A stretch of DNA of 50,756 nucleotides, from the NCBI GenBank assembly GCA_002189035.1, contig NEEC01000232.1, positions 1 to 50,756 of the forward strand, in the 5' to 3' direction. A model generated the notes under the pieces. That model did no database searches. It was not told where the DNA came from and saw only the letters and a list, made by a program, of their open reading frames with translations. The stretch is from Utricularia gibba. Its lineage: Eukaryota; Plantae; Magnoliophyta. Shown one piece after another: positions 35,960 to 47,800 of this stretch (positions are counted from its first letter, which is position 1; each line of letters begins with the position of its first letter). The position numbers and the translations under genes were made by a program.

Positions 35960-37195
35960 CCTACTCGACGAAAATCGTGATGCAGTTATTGAAGTTAGGA
36001 TTTCATGAGCACCCAAAATGGTTTTCTCAACCGCATGCTTTATATTTGATAAGGTGCTCTCGTGGGGCAACGGTATCGAGTAGGAGGTCGAGTCGAGCTC
36101 GGGCCCATAGTCATTTGTAGCCCGGCAAAAAATTGATGCATTTATTAACGTTGGTTTATAGGCTGCCTACATAGTTTCTCAAGGAAAAGCTTGTCGTTTT
36201 GGCGGGTGATGTCGTTGGGAACTTCGTTCTGACCCAAGGTTCGGTCTGACTCCTTTGCCACATCGGGTCCTACTCGACGAAAATCGTGATGCAGTTATTG
36301 AAGTTAGGATTCATGAGCACCCAAAATGCTTTTCTCAACGCATGCTTTAGTTGAGGAGGCGCTCTCGTGGGGCACGGTATCGAGCAAAGGTCGAGTCGAG
36401 CTCGGCCCAGAGTCATTTGTAGCCCAAAAAAAGGATGCATTTATTAACGTTGGGTTTTAATAGGCTGCCTACATGGTTTTCTCAAGGAAAAGCTTGTCGT
36501 TTCTGGGCGGGTGATGTCTTTTGGAACTTCGTTCTGACCATAGGTTCGGTCTGACTCCTTTGCCACATCGGGTCCTACTCGACGAAAATCGTGATGCAGT
36601 TATTGAAGTTAGGATTTCATGAGCACCCAAAATGGTTTTCTCAACCGCATGCTTTATATTTGATAAGGCGCTCTCGTGGGGCAACGGTATCGAGTAGGAG
36701 GTCGAGTCGAGCTCGGGCCCATAGTCATTTGTAGCTCGGCAAAAAACTTGATGCATTTATTAACGGTTGGTTTTAATAGGCTGCCTCAATGGTTTTCTCA
36801 AGGAAAAGCTTGTCGTTTTGGGCGGGTGATGTCGTTGTGAACTTCGTTCTGACCCAAGGTTCGGTCTGTCTCCTTTGCCAAATCTGGTCCTACTCGACGA
36901 AAATCGTGATGCAGTTATTGAAGTTAGGATTTCATGAGCACCCAAAATGCTTTTTCAATCGCATGCTTTGTAGTTGAGGAGGCGCTCTAGTGGGGCACGG
37001 TATCGGCAAAAGGTCGAGTCGGCTCGCTCCAGAGTCATTTTTAGCCTCAAAAAAAGTGATGCATTTATTAACGTTGGTTTTAATAGGCTGCCTACATGGT
37101 TTCTCAAGGAAAAGCTTGTCGTTTCTGGGCGGGTGATGTCTTTTGGAACTTCGTTCTGACCATAGGTTCGGTCTGACTCCTTTGCCACATCGGGT

Positions 37196-40100
37196 CCTAC
37201 TCGACGAAAATCGTGATGCAGTTATTGAAGTTAGGATTCATGAGCACCCAAAATGGTTTTCTCAACCGCATGCTTTATATTTGATAAGGCACTCTCGTGG
37301 GGCAACGGTATCGAGCAGGAGGTCGAGTCGAGCTCGGCCCAGAGTCATTTGTAGCCCGGCAAAAAAATTGATGCATTTATTAACGTTCGGCTTTATTAGG
37401 CTGCCTACATGTTTCTCAAGGAAAAGCTTGTCGTTTCTGGGCGGGTGATGTCTTTTGGAACTTCGTTCTGACCAAGGTTCGGTCTGACTCCTTTGCCACA
37501 TCGGGTCCTACTCGACGAAAATCGTGATGCAGTTATTGAAGTTAGGATTTCATGAGCACCCAAAATGGTTTTCTCAACCGCATGCTTTATATTTGATAAG
37601 GTGCTCTCGTGGGGCAACGGTATCGAGTAGGAGGTCGAGTCGAGCTCGGCCCCATAGTCATTTGTAGCTCGGCAAAAAACTTGATGCATTTATTAACGTT
37701 GGTTTTAATAGGCTGCCTCAATGGTTTTCAAGGAAAAGCTTGTCGTTTTTGGGCGGGTGATGTCGTTGTGAACTTCGTTCTGACCCAAGGTTCGGTCTGT
37801 CTCCTTTGCCAAATCGGTCCTACTCGACGAAAATCGTGATGCAGTTATTGAAGTTAGGATTTCATGAGCACCCAAAATGCTTTTTCAACGCATGCTTTGT
37901 ATTGAGGAGGCGCTCTAGTGGGGCACGGTATCGGGCAGGTCGAGTCGGGCTCGCTCCCAGAGTCATTTTTAGCCCGGCAAAAAAAGTGATGCATTTATTA
38001 ACGTTGGGTTTTAATAGGCTGCCTACATGGTTTCTCAAGGAAAAGCTTGTCGTTTCTGGGCGGGTGATGTCTTTTGGAACTTCGTTCTGACCATAGGTTC
38101 GGTCTGACTCCTTTGCCACATCGGGTCCTACTCGACGAAAATCGTGATGCAGTTATTGAAGTTAGGATTTCATGAGCACCCAAATGGTTTTCTCAACCGC
38201 ATGCTTTATATTTGATAAGGTGCTCTCGTGGGGCAACGGTATCGAGTAGGAGGTCGAGTCGAGCTCGGGCCATAGTCATTTGTAGCTCGGCAAAAAACTT
38301 GATGCATTTATTAACGTTGGTTTTAATAGGCTGCCTCAAGGTTTTCTCAAGGAAAAGCTTCGTTTTTGGGCGGGTGATGTCGTTGTGAACTTCGTTCTGA
38401 CCCAAGGTTCGGTCTGTCTCCTTTGCCAATCGGTCCTACTCGACGAAAATCGTGATGCAGTTATTGAAGTTAGGATTTCATGAGCACCCAAAATGCTTTT
38501 TCAATCGCATGCTTTATTTGAGGAGGCGCTCTAGTGGGGCACGGTATCGGCAAAAGGTCGAGTCGGCTCGCCCAGAGTCATTTTAGCCTGTCAAAAAAAT
38601 GATGCATTTATTAACGTTGGTTTAATAGGCTGCCTACATGGTTTCTCAAGGAAAAGCTTGTCGTTTCTGGGCGGGTGATGTCTTTTGGAACTTCGTTCTG
38701 ACCATAGGTTCGGTCTGACTCCTTTGCCACATCGGGTCCTACTCGACGAAAATCGTGATGCAGTTATTGAAGTTAGGATTTCATGAGCACCCAAAATGGT
38801 TTTCTCAACCGCATGCTTTATATTTGATAAGGCTCTCGTGGGGCAACGGTATCGAGTAGGAGGTCGAGTCGAGCTCGGGCCCATAGTCATTTGTAGCTCG
38901 GCAAAAAACTTGATGCATTTATTAACGTTGGTTTTAATAGGCTGCCTCAATGGTTTTCTCAAGGAAAAGCTTGTCGTTTTGGGCGGGTGATGTCGTTGTG
39001 AACTTCGTTCTGACCCAAGTTCGGTCTGTCTCCTTTGCCAATCTGGTCCTACTCGACGAAAATCGTGATGCAGTTATTGAAGTTAGGATTTCATGAGCAC
39101 CCAAAATGCTTTTCAACGCATGCTTTGTATTGAGGAGGCGCTCTCGTGGGGCAACGGTATCGGGCAAAAGGTCGAGTCGAGCTCGCTCCCAGAGTCATTT
39201 TTAGCCCAAAAAAATGATGCATTTATTAACGTTGGGTTTTAATAGGCTGCCTACATGGTTTCTCAAGGAAAAGCTTGTCGTTTCTGGGCGGGTGATGTCT
39301 TTTGGAACTTCGTTCTGACCAAGGTTCGGTCTGACTCCTTTGCCACATCGGGTCCTACTCGACGAAAATCGTGATGCAGTTATTGAAGTTAGGATTTCAT
39401 GAGCACCCAAAATGGTTTTCTCAACCGCATGCTTTATATTTGATAAGGCACTCTCGTGGGGCAACGGTATCGAGCAGGAGGTCGAGTCGAGCTCGAGAGT
39501 CATTTGTAGCCGGCAAAAAAATTGATGCATTTATTAACGTTGGTTTATTAGGCTGCCTACATAGTTTCTCAAGGAAAAGCTTGTCGTTTCTGGCGGTGAT
39601 GTCTTTTGGAACTTCGTTCTGACCATAGTTCGGTCTGACTCCTTTGCCACATCGGGTCCTACTCGACGAAAATCGTGATGCAGTTATTGAAGTTAGGATT
39701 TCATGAGCACCAAAATGGTTTTCTCAACCGCATGCTTTATATTTGATAAGGTGCTCTCGTGGGGCAACGGTATCGAGTAGGAGGTCGAGTCGAGCTCGGG
39801 CCCATAGTCATTTGTAGCTCGGCAAAAAACTTGATGCATTTATTAACGGTTGGTTTTAATAGGCTGCCTCAATGGTTTTCTCAAGGAAAAGCTTGTCGTT
39901 TTTGGCGGGTGATGTCGTTGTGAACTTCGTTCTGACCAAGGTTCGGTCTGTCTCCTTTGCCAAATCTGGTCCTACTCGACGAAAATCGTGATGCAGTTAT
40001 TGAAGTTAGGATTTCATGAGCACCCAAAATGCTTTTCAATCGCATGCTTTGTAGTTGAGGAGGCGCTCTAGTGGGGCACGGTATCGGGCAAAAGGTCGAG

Positions 40101-41829
40101 TCGGCTCGCTCCAGAGTCATTTTTAGCCTGTCAAAAAAAGTGATGCATTTATTAACGTTGGGTTTTAATAGGCTGCCTACATGGTTTCTCAAGGAAAAGC
40201 TTGTCGTTTCTGGGGGGTGATGTCTTTGGAACTTCGTTCTGACCATAGGTTCGGTCTGACTCCTTTGCCACATCGGGTCCTACTCGACGAAAATCGTGAT
40301 GCAGTTATTGAAGTTAGGATTCATGAGCACCCAAAATGGTTTTCTCAACCGCATGCTTTATATTTGATAAGGCTCTCGTGGGGCAACGGTATCGAGTAGG
40401 AGGTCGAGTCGAGCTCGGCCCATAGTCATTTGTAGCTCGGCAAAAAATTGATGCATTTATTAACGTTGGTTTTAATAGGCTGCCTCAATGGTTTCTCAAG
40501 GAAAAGCTTGTCGTTTTTGGGCGGGTGATGTCGTTGTGAACTTCGTTCTGACCCAAGGTTCGGTCTGTCTCCTTTGCCAATCGGTCCTACTCGACGAAAA
40601 TCGTGATGCAGTTATTGAAGTTAGGATTTCATGAGCACCCAAAATGCTTTTGTCAATCGCATGCTTTGTATTGAGGAGGCTCTCTAGTGGGGCACGGTAT
40701 CGGGCAAAAGGTCGAGTCGGGCTCGCTCCCAGAGTCATTTTTAGCCTGTCAAAAAATGATGCATTTATTAACGTTGGGTTTTAATAGGCTGCCTACATGG
40801 TTTCTCAAGGAAAAGCTTGTCGTTTCTGGGCGGGTGATGTCTTTGGAACTTCGTTCTGACCATAGGTTCGGTCTGACTCCTTTGCCACATCGGGTCCTAC
40901 TCGACGAAAATCGTGATGCAGTTATTGAAGTTAGGATTTCATGAGCACCCAAAATGGTTTTCTCAACCGCATGCTTTATATTTGATAAGGCACTCTCGTG
41001 GGGCAACGGTATCGAGCAGGAGGTCGAGTCGAGCTCGGGCCCAGAGTCATTTGTAGCCCGGCAAAAAAATTGATGCATTTATTAACGTTGGTTTATTAGG
41101 CTGCCTACATAGTTTTCTCAAGGAAAAGCTTGTCGTTTCTGGGCGGGTGATGTCTTTTGGAACTTCGTTCTGACCAGTTCGGTCTGACTCCTTTGCCACA
41201 TCGGGTCCTACTCGACGAAAATCGTGATGCAGTTATTGAAGTTAGGATTTCATGAGCACCCAAAATGGTTTTCTCAACCGCATGCTTTATATTTGATAAG
41301 GTGCTCTCGTGGGGCAACGGTATCGAGTAGGAGGTCGAGTCGAGCTCGGGCCCATAGTCATTTGTAGCTCGGCAAAAAACTTGATGCATTTATTAACGTT
41401 GGTTTTAATAGGCTGCCTCAATGGTTTTCTCAAGGAAAAGCTTGTCGTTTTTGGGCGGGTGATGTCGTTGTGAACTTCGTTCTGACCAAGGTTCGGTCTG
41501 TCTCCTTTGCCAAATCTGGTCTACTCGACGAAAATCGTGATGCAGTTATTGAAGTTAGGATTTCATGAGCACCCAAAATGCTTTTTCAATCGCATGCTTT
41601 GTAGTTGAGGAGGCGCTCTAGTGGGGCACGGTATCGGGCAAAAGGTCGAGTCGGGCTCGCTCCCAGAGTCATTTTAGCCTGTCAAAAAAATGATGCATTT
41701 ATTAACGTTGGGTTTTAATAGGCTGCCTACATGGTTTCTCAAGGAAAAGCTTGTCGTTTCTGGGCGGGTGATGTCTTTGGAACTTCGTTCTGACCATAGG
41801 TTCGGTCTGACTCCTTTGCCACATCGGGT
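37196..41829 (+). repeat. A-(C-D)3, A-(C-D)2, A-(C-D)1 run (15 monomers)
   Basis: Anchors: 37196 A, 37507 C, 37819 D, 38127 C, 38435 D, 38738 C, 39048 D, 39354 A, 39658 C, 39971 D, 40279 C, 40586 D, 40896 A, 41207 C, ~41520 D. Confidence 0.75.
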
Positions 41830-44800
41830 CCTACTCGACGAAAATCGTGATGCAGTTATTGAAGTTAGGATTCATGAGCACCCAAAATGGTTTTCTCAAC
41901 CGCATGCTTTATATTTGATAAGGCACTCTCGTGGGGCACGGTATCGAGCAGGAGGTCGAGTCGAGCTCGGCCCAGAGTCATTTGTAGCCCGGCAAAAAAA
42001 TTGATGCATTTATTAACGTTCGGCTTTAATTAGGCTGCCTACATAGTTTCTCAAGGAAAAGCTTGTCGTTTTGGCGGGTGATGTCGTTGGGAACTTCGTT
42101 CTGACCAAGGTTCGTCTGACTCCTTTGCCACATCGGGTCCTACTCGACGAAAATCGTGATGCAGTTATTGAAGTTAGGATTTCATGAGCACCCAAAATGG
42201 TTTTCTCAACCGCATGCTTTATATTTGATAAGGCGCTCTCGTGGGGCAACGGTATCGAGCAGGAGGTCGAGTCGAGCTCGGTCATTTGTAGCCCGGCAAA
42301 AAAATTGATGCATTTATTAACGTTGGTTTTATTAGGCTGCTACATAGTTTCTCAAGGAAAAGCTTGTCGTTTCTGGCGGGTGATGTCGTTGGAACTTCGT
42401 TCGACCCAAGGTTCGTCTGACTCCTTTGCCACATCGGGTCCTACTCGACGAAAATCGTGATGCAGTTATTGAAGTTAGGATTCATGAGCACCCAAAATGG
42501 TTTTCTCAACCGCATGCTTTATATTTGATAAGGCGCTCTCGTGGGGCAACGGTATCGAGCAGGAGGTCGAGTCGAGCTCGTAGTCATTTGTAGCTCGGCA
42601 AAAATTGATGCATTAATTAACGTTGGGTTTTAATAGGCCCTACATGTTTCTCAAGGAAAAGCTTGTCGTTTTGGGCGGGTGATGTTGGAACTTCGTTCTG
42701 ACCCAAGGTTCGGTCTGACCTTTGCCACATCGGTCCTACTCGACGAAAATCGTGATGCAGTTATTGAAGTTAGGATTTCATGAGCACCCAAAATGGTTTT
42801 CTCAACCGCATGCTTTATATTTGATAAGGTGCTCTCGTGGGGCAACGGTATCGAGTAGGAGGTCGAGTCGAGCTCGGGCCCATAGTCATTTGTAGCTCGG
42901 CAAAAAACTTGATGCATTTATTAACGGTTGGTTTTAATAGGCTGCCTCAATGGTTTTCTCAAGGAAAAGCTTGTCGTTTTGGGCGGGTGATGTCGTTGTG
43001 AACTTCGTTCTGACCCAAGGTTCGTCTGTCTCCTTTGCCAAATCGGTCCTACTCGACGAAAATCGTGATGCAGTTATTGAAGTTAGGATTTCATGAGCAC
43101 CCAAAATGGTTTTCAACGCATGCTTTATATTGAGGAGGCGCTCTAGTGGGGCACGGTATCGGGCAAAAGGTCGAGTCGGCTCGCTCCCAGAGTCATTTTT
43201 AGCCCAAAAAATGATGCATTTATTAACGTTGGGTTTAATAGGCTGCCTACATGGTTTCTCAAGGAAAAGCTTGTCGTTTCTGGCGGGTGATGTCTTGGAA
43301 CTTCGTTCTGACCAAGGTTCGGTCTGACTCCTTTGCCACATCGGGTCCTACTCGACGAAAATCGTGATGCAGTTATTGAAGTTAGGATTTCATGAGCACC
43401 CAAAATGGTTTTCTCAACCGCATGCTTTATATTTGATAAGGCGCTCTCGTGGGGCAACGGTATCGAGCAGGAGGTCGAGTCGAGCTCGGGCCCATAGTCA
43501 TTTGTAGCTCGGCAAAAAACTTGATGCATTTATTAACGTTGGTTTTAATAGCTGCCTACATTGTTTCTCAAGGAAAAGCTTGTCGTTTTGGGCGGGTGAT
43601 GTCGTTGTGAACTTCGTTCTGACCCAAGGTTCGGTCTGACTCCTTTGCCAAATCGGTCCTACTCGACGAAAATCGTGATGCAGTTATTGAAGTTAGGATT
43701 CATGAGCACCCAAAATGGTTTTCTCAACCGCATGCTTTATATTTGATAAGGTGCTCTCGTGGGCAACGGTATCGAGTAGGAGGTCGAGTCGAGCTCGGGC
43801 CCATAGTCATTTGTAGCTCGGCAAAAAACTTGATGCATTTATTAACGTTGGTTTTAATAGGCTGCCTACATGGTTTTCTCAAGGAAAAGCTTGTCGTTTT
43901 TGGGCGGGTGATGTCGTTGAACTTCGTTCTGACCAAGGTTCGGTCTGACTCCTTTGCCACATCTGGTCCTACTCGACGAAAATCGTGATGCAGTTATTGA
44001 AGTTAGGATTTCATGAGCACCAAAATGCTTTTTCAACGCATGCTTTGTATTGAGGAGGCGCTCTCGTGGGGCAACGGTATCGGGCAGGTCGAGTCGGGCT
44101 CGCCCCAGAGTCATTTTAGCCGGCAAAAAAATTGATGCATTTTTAACGTTGGGTTTAATAGGCTGCCTACATGGTTTCTCAAGGAAAAGCTTGTCGTTTC
44201 TGGGCGGGTGATGTCTTTGGAACTTCGTTCTGACCATAGGTTCGGTCTGACTCCTTTGCCACATCGGGTCCTACTCGACGAAAATCGTGATGCAGTTATT
44301 GAAGTTAGGATTTCATGAGCACCCAAATGGTTTTCTCAACCGCATGCTTTATATTTGATAAGGCACTCTCGTGGGGCAACGGTATCGAGCAGGAGGTCGA
44401 GTCGAGCTCGGGCCATAGTCATTTGTAGCCCGGCAAAAAAATTGATGCATTTATTAACGTTGGTTTTAATAGGCTGCCTACATGTTTCTCAAGGAAAAGC
44501 TTGTCGTTTTGGCGGGTGATGTCGTTGGAACTTCGTTCTGACCCAAGGTTCGGTCTGTCTCCTTTGCCAATCTGGTCCTACTCGACGAAAATCGTGATGC
44601 AGTTATTGAAGTTAGGATTTCATGAGCACCCAAAATGCTTTCAACGCATGCTTTGTAGTTGAGGAGGCGCTCTCGTGGGGCAACGGTATCGCAAAAGGTC
44701 GAGTCGAGCTCGCTCCCAGAGTCATTTGTAGCCGTCAAAAAAATTGATGCATTTATTAACGTTGGTTTTAATAGGCTGCCTACATGGTTTCTCAAGGAAA

Positions 44801-47800
44801 AGCTTGTCGTTTCTGGGCGGGTGATGTCTTTTGGAACTTCGTTCTGACCATAGGTTCGGTCTGACTCCTTTGCCACATCGGGTCCTACTCGACGAAAATC
44901 GTGATGCAGTTATTGAAGTTAGGATTTCATGAGCACCCAAAATGGTTTTCTCAACCGCATGCTTTATATTTGATAAGGCGCTCTCGTGGGGCAACGGTAT
45001 CGAGCAGGAGGTCGAGTCGAGCTCGGCCCAGAGTCATTTGTAGCCCGGCAAAAAAATTGATGCATTTATTAACGTTGGCTTTATAGGCTGCCTACATGTT
45101 TCTCAAGGAAAAGCTTGTCGTTTCTGCGGGTGATGTCTTTTGGAACTTCGTTCTGACCAAGGTTCGGTCTGACTCCTTTGCCACATCGGGTCCTACTCGA
45201 CGAAAATCGTGATGCAGTTATTGAAGTTAGGATTCATGAGCACCCAAAATGGTTTTCTCAACCGCATGCTTTATATTTGATAAGGTGCTCTCGTGGGGCA
45301 ACGGTATCGAGTAGGAGGTCGAGTCGAGCTCGGGCCCATAGTCATTTGTAGCTCGGCAAAAAACTTGATGCATTTATTAACGTTGGTTTTAATAGGCTGC
45401 CTCAATGGTTTCTCAAGGAAAAGCTTGTCGTTTTGGGCGGGTGATGTCGTTGTGAACTTCGTTCTGACCCAAGGTTCGGTCTGTCTCCTTTGCCAAATCT
45501 GGTCCTACTCGACGAAAATCGTGATGCAGTTATTGAAGTTAGGATTTCATGAGCACCCAAAATGGTTTTCAACCGCATGCTTTATATTTGAGGAGGCTCT
45601 CGTGGGCAACGGTATCGCAGGTCGAGTCGAGCTCGCTCCCAGAGTCATTTGTAGCCTGGCAAAAAAATGATGCATTTATTAACGTTGGGTTTTAATAGGC
45701 TGCCTACATGGTTTCTCAAGGAAAAGCTTGTCGTTTCTGGGCGGGTGATGTCTTTTGGAACTTCGTTCTGACCAAGGTTCGGTCTGACTCCTTTGCCACA
45801 TCGGGTCCTACTCGACGAAAATCGTGATGCAGTTATTGAAGTTAGGATTTCATGAGCACCCAAAATGGTTTTCTCAACCGCATGCTTTATATTTGATAAG
45901 GCACTCTCGTGGGGCAACGGTATCGAGCAGGAGGTCGAGTCGAGCTCGGGCCCAAGTCATTTGTAGCCCGGCAAAAAATTGATGCATTTATTAACGTTCG
46001 GTTTAATAGGCTGCCTACATGTTTCTCAAGGAAAAGCTTGTCGTTTCTGGGCGGGTGATGTCGTTGGGAACTTCGTTCTGACCCAAGGTTCGGTCTGTCT
46101 CCTTTGCCAATCGGTCCTACTCGACGAAAATCGTGATGCAGTTATTGAAGTTAGGATTTCATGAGCACCCAAAATGGTTTTTCTCAACGCATGCTTTATA
46201 TTTGAGGAGGCGCTCTCGTGGGGCAACGGTATCGAGCAGGAGGTCGAGTCGAGCTCGCCCAGAGTCATTTGTAGCCGGCAAAAAAATTGATGCATTTATT
46301 AACGTTGGTTTTAATAGGCTGCCTACATGGTTTCTCAAGGAAAAGCTTGTCGTTTCTGGGCGGGTGATGTCTTTGGAACTTCGTTCTGACCATAGGTTCG
46401 GTCTGACTCCTTTGCCACATCGGGTCCTACTCGACGAAAATCGTGATGCAGTTATTGAAGTTAGGATTTCATGAGCACCCAAAATGGTTTTCTCAACCGC
46501 ATGCTTTATATTTGATAAGGCACTCTCGTGGGGCAACGGTATCGAGCAGGAGGTCGAGTCGAGCTCGGGCCATAGTCATTTGTAGCCGGCAAAAAAATTG
46601 ATGCATTTATTAACGTTGGTTTTAATAGGCTGCCTACATAGTTTCTCAAGGAAAAGCTTGTCGTTTTGGCGGGGTGATGTCGTTGGGAACTTCGTTCTGA
46701 CCCAAGGTTCGGTCTGTCTCCTTTGCCAATCGGTCCTACTCGACGAAAATCGTGATGCAGTTATTGAAGTTAGGATTTCATGAGCACCCAAAATGGTTTT
46801 GTCAACGCATGCTTTATATTTGAGGAGGCGCTCTCGTGGGGCAACGGTATCGAGCAAAAGGTCGAGTCGAGCTCGCCCAGAGTCATTTGTAGCCGGCAAA
46901 AAAATTGATGCATTTATTAACGTTGGGTTTAATAGGCTGCCTACATGGTTTCTCAAGGAAAAGCTTGTCGTTTCTGGGCGGGTGATGTCTTTTGGAACTT
47001 CGTTCTGACCATAGGTTCGGTCTGACTCCTTTGCCACATCGGGTCCTACTCGACGAAAATCGTGATGCAGTTATTGAAGTTAGGATTCATGAGCACCCAA
47101 AATGGTTTTCTCAACCGCATGCTTTATATTTGATAAGGCTCTCGTGGGGCAACGGTATCGAGCAGGAGGTCGAGTCGAGCTCGGCCCAGAGTCATTTGTA
47201 GCCCGGCAAAAAAATTGATGCATTTATTAACGTTCGGCTTTTTAGGCTGCCTACATAGTTTCTCAAGGAAAAGCTTGTCGTTTCTGGCGGGTGATGTTTT
47301 GGAACTTCGTTCTGACCATAGTTCGGTCTGACTCCTTTGCCACATCGGGTCCTACTCGACGAAAATCGTGATGCAGTTATTGAAGTTAGGATTCATGAGC
47401 ACCCAAAATGGTTTTCTCAACCGCATGCTTTATATTTGATAAGGTGCTCTCGTGGGGCAACGGTATCGAGTAGGAGGTCGAGTCGAGCTCGGGCCCATAG
47501 TCATTTGTAGCTCGGCAAAAAACTTGATGCATTTATTAACGTTGGTTTAATAGGCTGCCTCAATGGTTTTCTCAAGGAAAAGCTTGTCGTTTTTGGGCGG
47601 GTGATGTCGTTGTGAACTTCGTTCTGACCCAAGGTTCGGTCTGACTCCTTTGCCAAATCTGGTCCTACTCGACGAAAATCGTGATGCAGTTATTGAAGTT
47701 AGGATTTCATGAGCACCCAAAATGCTTTTTTCAATCGCATGCTTTGTATTGAGGAGGCGCTCTCGTGGGGCACGGTATCGGCAAAAGGTCGAGTCGGGCT

